Positions 50,821 to 64,000 of a stretch of 64,000 nucleotides of DNA are shown one piece after another. A program made the position numbers and the translations under genes. The notes under the pieces were generated by a model that did no database searches, was not told where the DNA came from, and was given only the letters and a program-made list of their open reading frames with translations. Numbering within the stretch: position 1 is the stretch's first letter; each line of letters begins with the position of its first letter. Origin of the DNA: Octopus sinensis (lineage: Eukaryota); the NCBI RefSeq assembly GCF_006345805.1, contig NC_043008.1:28954001-29018000 (forward strand). Reading direction: 5' to 3'.

Positions 50821-53800
50821 CTACCTGAAAGGTGTCTGCTGGCATGGAGAGGTAGGTGCAAACTGCCGTTTTGCACACAATATGTTTTGCCACATAAACA
50901 TAAAACAGGGCAGAAACCAACTACCAAAATGAAATGGAATGGACCACGCCCCACCTGCCCCAAAACGGAGGTACGCAGATGTGGTGCGTGATACAAACTG
51001 CCAACATGTTATCGAAAGGGCGGCTGCTGAACAAGAATCTTTTTTGTGAATGGCACAAAAGATTGTACAGCAGCTAACCTGGCTCCATCAAACTCAATCT
51101 CGCAGATGGGACTATCCACAATACACAAGACCGCCACAGCAAATAGACCCAAGGTGGACACCACCGGCAACAGCATACACATCACCTCAATGCTCCTACT
51201 GAACATCAGAGGACTGCTAACACTCAGTAACAGGACAAAAATCCCGTTCTTGAGAGACTTTGTTGCATGCAATTAAGCCTTATGCATAGCACTTACGGAA
51301 ACACACCTAAAACCGGACATAGCAGATGCGGAAATACACATACCACAGTATGTTGTACTACGGACCGACAGAAAAGAAAGGAGTCATGGAGGAGTTGCTA
51401 TGTACATCCACGAGGACCTCACACCCCAGGTCCTTTTGCCATACTCAAATTCGGTGTGTGACACACTAATTGTACATATTAGTTAAATTGGTGTAGTTAT
51501 ATGTGCTACATATCGCCCTCCAGATGCCCAAAGCCATGTAGGAAGTTTGAAGACTGCCTTATAAAAATAGAAGAAGTTCTAGTCACATTAGAACAACACA
51601 TAAGTGTACTTCTTATGGGAGACATCAATCTACCCAATGTCAGATGGCCCGAGGGCCTTTCTCTCCCAGGAATGACACGATGCGAACGAGGACAGGCGAG
51701 GTCCCTCCTGAACCTCATCAACACTCTGTACATGGAGCAAGTAATACTCCAACCAACCAGGGCAGGTAACATACTGGATCTCTGCTTCACAAATAATATG
51801 GATCTCGACACTAGTCTCGGATCACAACATGGTAGAGCTGATCATGTACGGACCAAAGGAAAGCATGGACATGCAGCCTACAAGAAACTCCCAGAATCTT
51901 TCCAGCTTGAATTTCCATAAGGCAAACTGGAAACAAATTGAGAAAGAGATCTTCAAACAAAACTGGCCTGAATGTCTCTCCTCGCCAGACATCGACATGA
52001 AACTTCAACAATTCATGTCTGTAATGCAAGCCATATGCTACAAATGTGTCCCAGAGAGAAAGGCAACTGTACACAAGAACAAAATCCCCAGAGAGAGGAA
52101 AATTCTAATGAGAAGGTGTACAAAAGTTTCAAATCGTTTAAATAAACAAATTGAAAGCAGTGAAAAGTCCCGGTCTGAAAATAAAACTGTTGAAAATTGA
52201 AAAATGTCTGGAACTCTCTCATGAAAAAGAAAGAGCAGACAAAGAAGCCTGAGCTATAGACAACATAAAATCTAACCCCAGAGCTTTCTACAGGTATGCC
52301 AAAGAAACAGCTACGGTGCACTGTAAGATAGGGCCACTCCTTGAAAAGGATGGCACACTCACAGGAAATCCAATGAGGATAAGTGAAATACTAAATGAGC
52401 AATTCAAGAGTATTTTCACTCCACCCCTAGAGTATTTTCAAGTTATAAATCCAACTGACTTATTTACCACTGCAGATATAAAATCAGAGGCAGTGATGAT
52501 TGGTTACATCAATATAAAGGAAGATGATGTAATAAAGGCTATAGATGAAATGAAAACAAACTCAGCTACTGGCCCCTATGAATTCTCAGCAATCCTTCTA
52601 AAAGTATGTGAGAGAGTCCTAGCAAGACCACTGCAGTTCCCCTTTCAGAGCTTCCTTGCAACTGGCAAACTTCCAAGAAAACTGAAGGAAGGTAAAATAT
52701 GCCCTATTCATAAAGGAGGTAGCAGAGCGGAGGCCAAGAACTACAGACATATCTCTCTGACCTCACACATCAGCAAGGTCATGGAACGAATAGTCAGAAG
52801 GAAACTAATCACCTTCCTTGAAGACAATAACTTGCTGCCTGACACCCAACATGGTTTCCGACCAGGAAGAAGCTGCTTAACTCAGCTCCTACATCACTAT
52901 GACTGGGTGCTGAAACGACTGCTCAACCACTCAAATGTGGAAGTCATATATCTCGACTTTGCAAAGGCCTTTGATAAAGTCGATCATGGAATATGTCATA
53001 AACTGCGTGATCTTGGCATAGTTGGAAAATTGGGAGAATGGCTTCATGACTTTCTGAAGGATCGAATTCAGGTGGTAGTAGCCAATGTGGCCATTTCCAT
53101 TAACACGTAAATAGCGAGCGGTGTTCCGCAAGGTACTGTTTTGGGACCACTACTGTTCATAATGCCCCTCTCAGACATGCCCTCAGCCACGCAGAGAGCC
53201 ACAATCACAAGTTATGCAGATGATACAAATGTTTCACAGGCAATGCAGAACCCTGAAGACACTAAGCACCTTCAATGTGAGCTGGACAAAATATACAAGT
53301 GGGCTGAAAAGAATAGCATGCAGTTCAATGCTGAAAAGTTTGAAGCTTTATGCTATCAGCATGCAAAACTAAATGCAATACCCAATAAATACAATGGACC
53401 TGGAGGGATTGCAATCCCAGAGGCACAATCAGTGCGAGATCTGGGTATTTACATGAGTTATGATGCAACCTTTCATGTGCATGTTGCTAAATTGGCAATG
53501 AAATGTAGGCGCTGACCGGATGGATTCTTAGAACCTTTAGAACAAGAGACCAGGAAACCATGATGGTCCTCTGGAGGACACTTGTCCTAAGCCACTTTGA
53601 CTATTGCTCTCAGCTATGGTCACCATCCAGTGTCAAGTTAATCACAGAACTTGATGCGATTCAACGAAGCTACACGAAGAAGAGAGCCTAGCCTCTGTGC
53701 AGCATATAAGCTACTGGGAAAGACTCAAGAGATTAAGACTCTATTCCTTAGAGCGTAGGCGAGAAAGATATGCCATAATATACATCTGGAAGACCCTAGA

Positions 53801-54165
53801 AGGACTTGTCCCAAACTTTGGCATCAAGAGTTACACAAATGCTAGAACTGGGTGCCACTGCATGGTGCCAATGACTCCAAATTTGCCATCAAGATGTAGG
53901 ACGAGATACTGTGATAGCCTGGGCTTCAGAGGCCCACAACTCTCCAATAACCTCCCGAAGAACCTGAGAGACCTGCATGGTGTGGATGCAGATGTATTTA
54001 AAATAAAACTGGATCTCTTCCTGTCAGGTGTCCAAGATAAACCAACTTCACGGCAAGAGGTGCAGATGAGGGCAGTTGCATCGAACTCTCTCATTCACCA
54101 AATGGCGTTACCCCATCATGGCCACAGCTCGTTAGCTGAAAGTAGATAAAATAAAATAAAATAAA
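50820..54165 (+). mobile_element. CR1/L2-group LINE I (ORF1 Cys/His end, APE, RT, 3' tail)
   Basis: FYLKGVCWHGEVGANCRFAH CCCH-like motif; ORFs 52316-53110 and 53141-53515 (YADD), 53697-54149; (TAAAA)n tail; same family as H. Confidence 0.92.
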
Positions 54166-54199
54166 AATATATATGTATGTATATGTATGTATATACATA

Positions 54200-56450
54200 T
54201 ATATATATATATATGGGTACAGGACGTCACGAACTATAAACAATATGAAATACAAAAACAAATGATTTCAATACACAAACAACGAAAGAAGCAAATGGAA
54301 ACCAGGACGATAACATAAAGAAGGGCCCTTCATCAGTAGTCGTCCGTATATCTACTCCGCCTTTCAAACATTCAACGACAATATGATTCTTCGAAGACAG
54401 TTGCCCCCATAAGTATCAAAATAAATTTGGGATTTATTGAGGGTCAAATTTGGGACAAAAATAGGGCAGTGGAGACTGACAAAGAAACCGAACGTAAACA
54501 AACATGGAGGGTCGTTAGACCAGAACGAGGGTAATATTTTACGAACGCTGGATAAATATTTTCTTTGACAAGAGTCACAAAATTGCTCAGACTTTTGTGT
54601 ATATTTGCCAAGTGACAATTTGATGTCGAATATGCATAATTTTGAACATGGTTAAAACGCATAGACCCATCTCTATAATACTAAGACGTCCGAAAGGCAG
54701 AATATAGAAATAGCGTAGAATTTCCAAAATTGAATAACTACTCTGCAGTTCACAAATATTTGGACTGTACGACCGAGTTACTTAGGCTTCGTGTGCAAAG
54801 AGCCAGTGACGAAAACTAACCTTATTTACGACGCAAAGTGTTTCAGATGTAATCCGAAATATTGTATTAGATAAGCAGGCGTTAATGACCGCAATCATCA
54901 TCAGCAAAAGTCATTCTCCCAAAAAATATTTACCATGGAAGTAGAAATAGAGAAAGTGATGTTAGCGAGAAAACTAACTGGAAAAATAAAATTTGCGCCC
55001 AGGAATGACTCCAATGTTTGCGACCATTTTCAACGTGAGATACAAGAAGGCTTCGATATTAGCGCTATGGAGTATGATTATATGTCAAAAAGGTAGAAAG
55101 GACGATACCTGGCGAAACTTTTAATTTGTTTTCCGTGGACCATATTCTCTGTGTGATATAGACCCTAATTAAATTTTATGTTTTAAGGGAGGACATGGCA
55201 TCAACAGGAACCAAAATGAAGGAGGCAAATTTGGTTGTTCTTCAACTAGGCACCAGAATTACTCGGCTCATAATGTCAACAACATCATGGTAACTTGTTT
55301 GGTTTCACTTCAGTTTAAAGGTAGATAAGGACTGGAAGAAACTGATCAGCAAACTGGCCAGTCCGAGCCAAAATGTAGCGGAACAAATTACTTGTCGGTA
55401 TAGAGGCCGAAGCCCACCATCGTTATATATTACCTCCAAGCAGTCGTGCTCAATTTGCATTCAAGTGAAATGGAGCATCTTAAAACGTGTGATAGTATCC
55501 CGACTTTTCAGGAAGGGGCTCATTCCACTAGTTACGCGCCCATTCTCCCTGTCAAACACGTTGAGTGTAGAATTTGGACATATCTTGACTGGCGTTGAGT
55601 TGGCAGGCTCTGACACAACGACATTATCAGTGATTCTTCGTGTTGAACAATTGTAGCCGTCGTTTGATAGATGTATATCTTCCTATTGGTCTTTGGTAAC
55701 ACAAACGTCAAGAAAGGGGGCTTTGCGTCTTAAATATTGTCATGTAATTACAACTTAGTATGAACCACGCTGTGAGACAGATGAAAGTTCTATGTATGTG
55801 ATTTCGGGTAGATGAGTAACGAGAAAATGTACTGATGTTCTTCGATGAAATTTCGTTTCCTGGTCCTTTCGGGAGCGATGTTTTTCCGAGGTCGATGGGT
55901 AACTACTCAAAATATCTGACTAGGCACTCTGCCAGGAACTTGATTAGATACAAAATATCTGAACAAACAAAGAAATATTGTCATCCGGGCCTGTCTTGGA
56001 TGTAGGCGTGACAAACAAACTATTATGTACACACTCGCAGAAAATTGAGAGTTAAGTTGAACAACTGTCATCACATGTAAGACTGAACCTGCTACCAGCT
56101 ATTCCCATAGTAATTTTTCCTTACCGTTTCCCATTGGCCAGGATGTGCCGCTAGATTTTATATGTCTGGTAGACATAATGAAAGCGGTTGGGTGCATGAC
56201 ACGATCGGAAGTGCCGAATACAAGACTGGAAAAGCCTCAGAGAAATACATTCCTCTTTGTTGAAATTAAATTTCCTTAAAAGGAAGCGGACCACGGCATC
56301 ATAACTAAAAGGTGATTTGCAATGACGTTCATGGCAGACAAATCTATATTGCTCTTGAGAAAGACAAGTTATATTGGAGTGGGACTGATAGGAATAGTGG
56401 GTGATATTCATTGTGATCAAGTTTGCCTTGATTTTGTTGAATTTCAATGT
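54200..56450 (-). mobile_element. Highly degraded PLE remnant J
   Basis: PFLDVCVTK thumb-like motif, N-terminal-like ORF 56151-56447, C-terminal RFNHVQN...KENIY; lone CTGATGA near 54335. Confidence 0.5.
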
Positions 56451-57487
56451 AATCCTCGCAAGTATAACAACTCTGGGAGAATTATGTTAGAATGTTAGTG
56501 TGTCATGTTTTTACCTTTCCGGTTTATACCGTATCTTTTGCAAAACAGTATGGTATCATTGTGTATATGCCTTGACAATATTGTGAAACGGATATATTTT
56601 ATAAAGAGGGCACGCATCTCCTCCTCCTTCTTCTTCTTCGTCTGCCTGTTCTTCTTTTTCATCTTCCTTCTCTTCTTACCCTTCATCTTCCTTCTGCTTT
56701 TTGTCATCCACCCACTCCTTTTATTCTTCATCTGATATTAATGCTGTTCTACCGTATTGTAAGTGATCACAAAAAGCCTTATATGAATTTTCGTATATTA
56801 ATATCTATAAACATAAATATATATAGTTATAAATCTTAATAATTCTCTAATTATATTTCATTGATTGTCATTATAACTATGAATGGTGTTATTATTGGTT
56901 TATATGACATTTTTAATGCATAAATTAGGCCAAGTATACAGTTATCGTAGCCACGTAGCAATACAAGTGCAAATTGATCACATAAGTAATATACATGTTC
57001 CCCAAGAGAAACATCTATATTCCCTAATACGAAGACAATGAACACGGTATTTGGTAGTCATCCAGATCAATCTAGAAAAATAGTCGGCAAATTAGTTGGC
57101 GGCATTGTCAAAAGCTTTTGTCTAGCTAATAAAACATTTTTCTATTCTTTTTGTTTTTTTATCAGACTTCACTTTCTAACTTCATTTCCTTTCCTAAATT
57201 TCTATTGCTTGGCACTGAAACAAAACCCTGTCTGCAGGGCATTAATTTAAGTAAATTCTATTTCTGATATTATGTGTGGTGATTCAGCAGCTAAAGAGGA
57301 GCAGTTATAGTTTGTTTATGTCATATACTCTCTTCTTGTCATCTTGCTGTTTGAAGCCATTTACATTTTTGTTTTGTGTTTTCAATTCATGATATTAAAG
57401 TAATTTGCTTTGAGAAAGCGTATGTGTGTATGTCAGTGTATGTTTGTCTGTATGTGAGTGTGTTTATACATATACATACTCTTCGCT

Positions 57488-57718
57488 TCTACTCTTCTAT
57501 TTGGTTCAGTTATTTGACTGCGGTCATGCTGGAACACCGCCTTTAGTCAAGCAAATCGACCGCAGGACTTATTCTATCGGTCGTTTTGCCAAGCCGCTAA
57601 GTTACGGGGATATAACACACGACACACAAACATGCACACACACACACGCGCACACACACCCACATACATACACACATATGTATATATATATATATATTAT
57701 ATATATATATATATATAC

Positions 57719-57751
<33 letters not shown>

Positions 57752-59285
57752 CTTTGATAGGATTCAGCCAGTATTGGCCCAGGCCATGTCTAAGTTAATG
57801 GCACCACCTGGCAATGTCATTTAAATCAGGAATCAGACAACATGGCGCACTCAATTAGAGAGTTATTGTTTACGGAGGCATGTCCACAATGGACAACAGT
57901 ATTCAAAATGGGCTCAGGCAACAGTTGAGAAGAGAAGGATACCGGTGTCGATATCTCTCGACTGAATAGTTCTAAAAATCCAGGAACACATTCTGCGGCC
58001 ATGTCAACTTTCCTGTTTATATGAGCGGCCCAGCTTATGTTATCCACAATCACTCCGGCGTCTCTGATGTTGTTGGAAGCCATGAGAGTTTCACCTGAAG
58101 GAAGGGAGTATAGAAGTTTCCCAGTATCCTCTTTTCCGAAGTGGATTAATTCAAATTTCTCCTCGGTGAGCAGCATATAATTGTTTTTCTCCCATTAGAA
58201 TACAGCCAATAGATCTGACTGAAGGCATACACAGTCACCCATTAAATTTACAACGCTCAAGATCTTAGAATCATCTTCAAAAATTCTTATGTTACTGTCC
58301 TTGATGATGTCAGTAATATCATTGATGTAGATGATGAAAGAAGTGGGCCCAATACAGTGCCTTGAGGAACAACACTACTGACTTTGAATCGGCTTGATTT
58401 TACTACTTCGACTACAATTCATTGGATTCTGCTTGTCAGGAAACACTTGATCCATTGAAGTACCTTTCCAGAGATACCGATGTTGGATAGTTTTTCAAGA
58501 GGATCTTACGATCCACGCAGTCAAAAACTTTGCTGAAATCAAGGTAGATGACAACATTATTCGATCCCTCTCCGGAAGCTCTCAAAATGTCAACAATGTG
58601 ATGCAACACGGGGTATTCAAATACTCTACGCTCTTGAAAGCAACAGACTGTTGAACCCCAGCCTAAATGGGTTAGGCAGTTCCTACCAATACGGAACCCA
58701 TTTAGGTTGGGGTTCAACAGTCTGTTGCTTTCAAGAGCGTAGAGTATTTGAATACCTTGATGATACGAGAAGTGAGCGCGATCGGCCGGTAGTTCACTGT
58801 AAGGGACTTGTTTCCCTTTGTGAAAACTAGGGCAACAGACTGGGACAGAAAGTTTTCGGTAATATAACAAGCATACAATGAGATCCTCCACAGGTTAGCA
58901 AGATGAGATGCAAGCTGGTGTGGACACACCTACAGGACACAAGCAGGGAACCTATCGTGGCCCGCCGGTGAATTGTCCGATATAATGTTTTCAGGGTTAA
59001 TATCACTGATCCAGTATAGATTGGGCATATCAGGATTGCTAAAAACAGAGCTGTACTGTTTCTGCAGTATCTCAAACATGGTTTTGGCATTTTCTTGGAG
59101 GGTGCTATTTTCAACAATTAGAGAGCCAACGACAGGCTTCTTTCAGTTTACGTCTACCAAATCCAATCACAAGGATTTGGTCGGCCTGTTGCTATGGTAG
59201 AAGAGACTTGCCCAAGGTGCTAAATAGGGGATGAATGAGCCCGGAACCATCTGGTTAGGAAGCAAGCTTCTTACTACACACCAAC
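57488..59285 (-). mobile_element. tRNA-SINE split into 3' half (57488-57620) and 5' half (59130-59285) by LINE K
   Basis: Both halves match the 11856-12285 SINE in reverse complement and are in the correct order. Confidence 0.75.
57770..59130 (-). mobile_element. Degraded CR1/L2-group LINE K (RT region)
   Basis: NYRPIALTS, VIYLDFSKVFD, VVPQGTVLGP, EKFELIHFG. Confidence 0.85.
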
Positions 59286-59388
59286 TTTGTACTCGAATAA
59301 TTCTTTGCTCAGAGGCACATGTATATTTGGTGCTACACCAGGTTTTTAATATTACAATGCCTTCGCGAAATATATATATATGCATATA

Positions 59389-59475
<87 letters not shown>

Positions 59476-59902
59476 GTGCGTGTGTCCATTCTGATTTCTA
59501 TTATAAAATATATGTCGCATACCACGGTGACAAACTCCAAGATGAAACACGTAAGATTGCCAATTATTCCTCAGTCAAGGAAGTTGAATTAATCTAATTC
59601 CCTACATGGAAAAAAACATGTTTTTCCACATCATGTGACAAAGCGTACACCTACATCTGTTGGTTTGTCTAGCAAGATTTACATACATGGGTATTTATTT
59701 GTGGTGTGCAATGACATGTGTATAGATTCAGCTATCAACAAGAGTCATTAAACTCACAGCATGAAGATTCCCGAGAGAGGGCGACACTGAAAGAACTGGG
59801 TGTTTTTACGTTTTACACTAAGACAGATATTTTGCTCACGATAACTGCAGTGTATTTGCCTTTAGCAGTTGAAATATGTGACAAACATATTTCAACAAAC
59901 CT

Positions 59903-59965
<63 letters not shown>

Positions 59966-59972
59966 ATGTATG

Positions 59973-60003
<31 letters not shown>

Positions 60004-60008
60004 GTGTG

Positions 60009-60039
<31 letters not shown>

Positions 60040-60462
60040 CGTATATATATATAGGCGCAGGAGTGGCTGTGTGGTAAGTAGCTTGCTAACCTCACCGACT
60101 CAAGAGTGACTTTGCTTACCTTACTACGGTTTGGACGCGTTTTCTTCCCGGTAAGTGTTTTGCTGTGTTAATTGTTGAATTTTACTACTGAAAATTTGTC
60201 TTTGAACGTTGTTTAACTGTCTTGTTCTCCGGTTTTACCGGGGAATAATTGGATAATTTGTTACTGTTGAACTGTTAGCCATTGTGGCTTTTTTATCTAC
60301 GTGACTATATATAGTCTTGCCAGACTATTCTCGTGCCCCTCCCCCGAATGGGGGTGGGAATTGAAATTTTTGAACTGCTTTTTACCACTCATTGAACTGC
60401 TTTGGAAGAAAAACTTTCTATAGGTTTCCTAGTTTTGTGGGAAACCAATATTCGTAATTTTT

Positions 60463-61893
60463 TTGTTGTCTAATTTCAACAGAATAATGTCTGTTGAGAT
60501 TATTCACGAAAATAGTGCTCTTGAGGAGAACAATGTTAACTGTAGTAAAAAATTTTCTGCGGTAGCCGCAGTGGCTACCGAGAACATTGATATCAATGTC
60601 AATCAGCTCGTCGAGCTATTTAAAAGAATGAAAGAGGAGGGTGGTGATGTTAAAATATCACCCTCCGGTAGTATCGTGGAGACCGGGAAGCGGACCGTAG
60701 TGTTTAAAACCTTCTGTCCACAAAGCAGAAGGTTCAAACACTTTGAAAAAAATACTACCGAGAAATACCTGTCCCCGATTTGGAAGGACATTGTGTACGT
60801 CGCCAGGGGACAGGCATATGGCACTGTGGATGTCCGCTTCTCGGGGGAAGAGGTGGCCCGCGGGCATTCTGTGAATCCCCTAAAAACCAAGGAGGTGGTA
60901 CTTTTCCCAAGCTATCGGGGACGCAGGACGTCCCGGGTCAGGATTGCAGAAGCACCGCCGGAAGTGGATCCGGTAGAGGTAGTGGCCGCCCTGTTATATA
61001 AAAGGACGCACAAAATTAAAATAATACAGGTAACATGCTCTGCCCCTCTATATTGGCTTGGGTGAGACATTAATATAATAATCCAAGGAACACCGGAGGA
61101 CCTGCAGCTCCTTCCTGGGAGGGTGCTTGTGGGCGAGAACGTGGCCCTCAGGGTACAGGTCGAAGGCCGAAAACCCACCTGTTACGCCTGCGGCAAAAAA
61201 GGCCACATTCGTGTAGACTGTCCAGACAAGCAAAAGAAACCGCAGACACCAGGCCCCTGAGATAATAAAAAAATCCCTACCCTTGCAAACTCACCTACCC
61301 CTACAAAAACAAAAAGTCGCACTCCTGCTGTTACGGTGCCAACCCCAAAACAAACTGAAGAAAAAACCCAGCCCTCGCACTCACAAACCCCTACATTATT
61401 AAAACCTCCCACCCCCTTAAAAACTGCGGCGCCTACTGAACAAACTATTGCTACCCCAGACGATACCATGGAGGTATCAGAGGAGGGATTTACAACAGTT
61501 CGTAAAAGAATTCGTGCATCATCCCCGTCCACATGCCCTACAAAAATAATAAAAACAAAGACACACCACAGACACGAAAAAAAAATCCCGCTCAACTGGC
61601 CCAGAAAAAGAAGACAAAAAAATGAACTCATATTAATTGAATATGACACACAAAACAAATACATAAACGATATTGTGGTTCAGCATCAGTCAGCAAGACT
61701 GTACAACAAATACAAAGATCGAAATAGACACGCGTGGATTGCGGAAACAACGTTCAAACAATTAAAAGACAGACACCCAAACGCCATCCGGCATATCGCG
61801 AACTTGCCGGACTATCTGAAGAAAGAGGAGAAAGAAGGGGCCCACAAACGTGTGGTGAGGTCGGCCCCCACCTCTCCAACGAAATGTAAGTAG
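60463..61893 (+). pseudogene. Tx1-like ORF1 (gag-like, zinc knuckle CYACGKKGHIRVDC) with two in-frame TGA codons
   Basis: ORFs 60463-61065 and 61336-61893 are in the same frame; the intervening sequence encodes the CX2CX4HX4C knuckle near 61180-61225; TGA at 61063-61065 and 61258-61260. Confidence 0.85.
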
Positions 61894-61910
61894 AACTTTT
61901 ACTTTTTGTA

Positions 61911-64000
61911 ATGGCTTCGCTTAACCTTGTTTGTTTAAATGTGCGTGGTCTGAGTTCGAAGTGGAAGCAGGCTTGTTTCCTCGACGACCTCAGATCACAT
62001 GATATACATGTGATGGTTGCTACAGAGACCAAGCTGGAGAGCCTACAAACCTTCTCGCCTCTCCTGAATGGCTACGACAACATCATGTCTCCTGGCCAGA
62101 CCGGAGGGCGAGGGGGTGTAGTGGTACTGATCCGTAAAGACTTGGCTCTGCAGACAAGTACAGTCTATGTAGACCCAGAAGGTGGGCTGGTCGTCCTTGA
62201 TGTGACATACAGCAGTAAGGCCTTCAGGTTGATCGGACTCTATGCACCTTGTGCTAGAGATTTCCAAACTGACTCTTATCGGCGCCTAGAGGGCTTTCTC
62301 GTGACGTCAAAGAATTTAGTGATATTAGGGGACTTTAATGCTATCGTTGACGTACACATCGATAGCGTTGGCTCGATCTATAGGAAAGTGAACTCACGTC
62401 TCGTGGATCTGCTTAAACGGTTTCAGTTGGCAGATCGTTACAGACTTGACCATCCGAACGTCCCAGAGTGGACCTGGGTGAGTGGCGACGGAAGGTTCAA
62501 GTCTTATCTAGACAGGATAGTGATAAGAACTAGAGATAAGTCTAGTTTTAGTTGTCCACAGCTCGTCCAGTTGCCCTATACTGGCCATAGAATGGTCAAA
62601 TGTAGACTGGACATAGATAGCACACTTAAGATAGGAACCGGCTACTGGAAGCTGAACAAGTCTATTTTGACTCGCGAGGCATACCGTAACCGGATTAAGG
62701 GGTTTGTGCAGAGGGCGTTAACCGGAGCCGTGTTAAATAACCGGTGGTGGTTCGCCCCCAAAAGAGCCATTCGATTCGAGTCCATTAGATTTAGTAAACA
62801 ACTAAGACTAGATAGGGCTAGAATAGAAGGGCAACTAGTTAAGAACTTAGAGGAGGCATTGAGGTTGGGCTCTGCATCTCACATTTTAGCGGCGAGAACG
62901 GCATTAGACCGTCACCTCAAAACCAAACATGAGGGATGTAGAGTTCGGGCTAAAGTACGAGCATTGGGCCGTGAGGGAATTAATGTCGCCGGATGGGCCC
63001 GTACGATAGAAACACAGCGTGGCAACGATTCCAAAATTGGGTCTCTTGTTGATGAAAACGGATGCACGATCAAGAAGCGGGACGAGATGTGTGAGGCACT
63101 TCACAAGCAATTCGCCGAGTTGTTCGGGAGGTGCGGGACGCTGGATCATGATGAGGCCCTTAGAGACTTCCTGTCTGGTGGCCCGCGCCTCTCGACACGA
63201 GAGGCTGAGTGCTGTGAAGGGCCAATCACAGCCGGGGAATTAATCGAGGTGTTGGGCAAGTGCACCGGGGAGAAGTCGCCGGGTCTCGATGGTCTGCCCT
63301 ATGAATTTTATAAAAGTATGCCAGACTTGTTCGGGCACCTGCTGGCTAGCGCCTACGCCAACTGGCAGCAGAATGGGAGAATTCCCAAGTCTGCGAGCCG
63401 GGGGGTGCTGACGTTGATCAGGAGGGACCCGATAGAGGGGGACGAGATAGGGAACTTCAGGCCCATAACGCTGTTGAACACAGAGTTAAAGATTCTGGCC
63501 AAGGTGCTAGCAAAAAAGTTGGCGCGGGTCGTGGACAAACTTGTCGGGGAAGCGCAAACGTGCGCTATCCCCGGCAGAACGATCCACGACATCTCAATCA
63601 CCCCTTATACGCTACTCCTTAGAGAGGGTGGGGAAGCTTTCTGGCGCAGGGGGAGCACTGGTACATTTAGACCAGTCCAAAGCATTTGATAGGGTCGACC
63701 ATCGGTACTTGGCGGCGGTCCTCGGAGAGGCTGGCCTAGGCCCGACCTTTCGAGGTTGGATCGCTGCTTTGTATAACGACATCGAGTCTGTAGTCAAGAT
63801 GAACGGTTTCTTTTCAAAGCCGTTCAGGATCGAGCGTTCAGTTCGTCAAGGGTGTCCCCTATCCTCGCTCATTTACGTATTGGCTCTTGAGCCTTTGCTG
63901 CGGAAGTTGGAGGCACTAGGAGGCACTAGGGGTGTGGAAGAGGAGCTACGGCGTATGCGGTTGACACCTCCATCAGCGTGGCAGACGAAGGCCAGCTTCC
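61911..64000 (+). pseudogene. Tx1-like ORF2 (AP endonuclease plus reverse transcriptase), frameshifted near 63600-63690
   Basis: 592-aa ORF; RT motifs continue in a shifted frame after about 63680. Confidence 0.88.

Larger units (their letters stand above)
60091..64000 (+). mobile_element. Tx1/L1-clade non-LTR retrotransposon, apparently 5'-complete, 3' end outside the window
   Basis: About 370-bp 5' UTR, ORF1 with CCHC knuckle, ORF2 APE plus RT (LNVRGL, ATET, LGDFN, SYLDR, GYWKLN, KSPGLDGLP, FRPITLLN, KILAKVLA, AFDRVDH, RQGCPLS). Confidence 0.92.

Noticed and set aside
54320-54400. Lone CTGATGA (minus) in the end of PLE J
   Set aside because: No downstream stem II-GAAAC-NUH found.

Overview
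AT-rich, microsatellite-saturated eukaryotic DNA. The SINE repertoire and repeat style suggest an octopus/cephalopod genome (inference). No host gene can be confidently identified; only three weak candidate minus-strand exons at 21.2-23.7 kb. The window is mostly retroelements: at least seven Penelope-like element (PLE) copies of several families, CR1/L2-group LINEs, R4/Dong-like pieces, an RTE-like remnant, a Tx1/L1-like element running off the right edge, a dead mariner, and tRNA-derived SINEs. The main observation is the 5.9-kb '550-bp satellite' at 14841-20714. Each full monomer carries a minimal type I hammerhead ribozyme with a palindromic stem III (TGAG-CTGATGA-stem II-GAAAC-GTAC-GTA|CTCA; 10 copies, one with an extra base in stem III), so it looks like a non-autonomous retrozyme concatemer. 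It is built as two head-to-head arms whose 3' ends both run into (TA)n. Three hammerhead-bearing PLE insertions here (1497-4673, 4797-9210, 37751-40385) share this two-outward-3'-ends-in-(TA)n architecture, which points to a common PLE-driven, possibly circular-RNA-templated, integration mechanism. All calls come from reading the sequence and ORF track by eye; no searches or folding programs were run, and boundaries of degraded elements are approximate.
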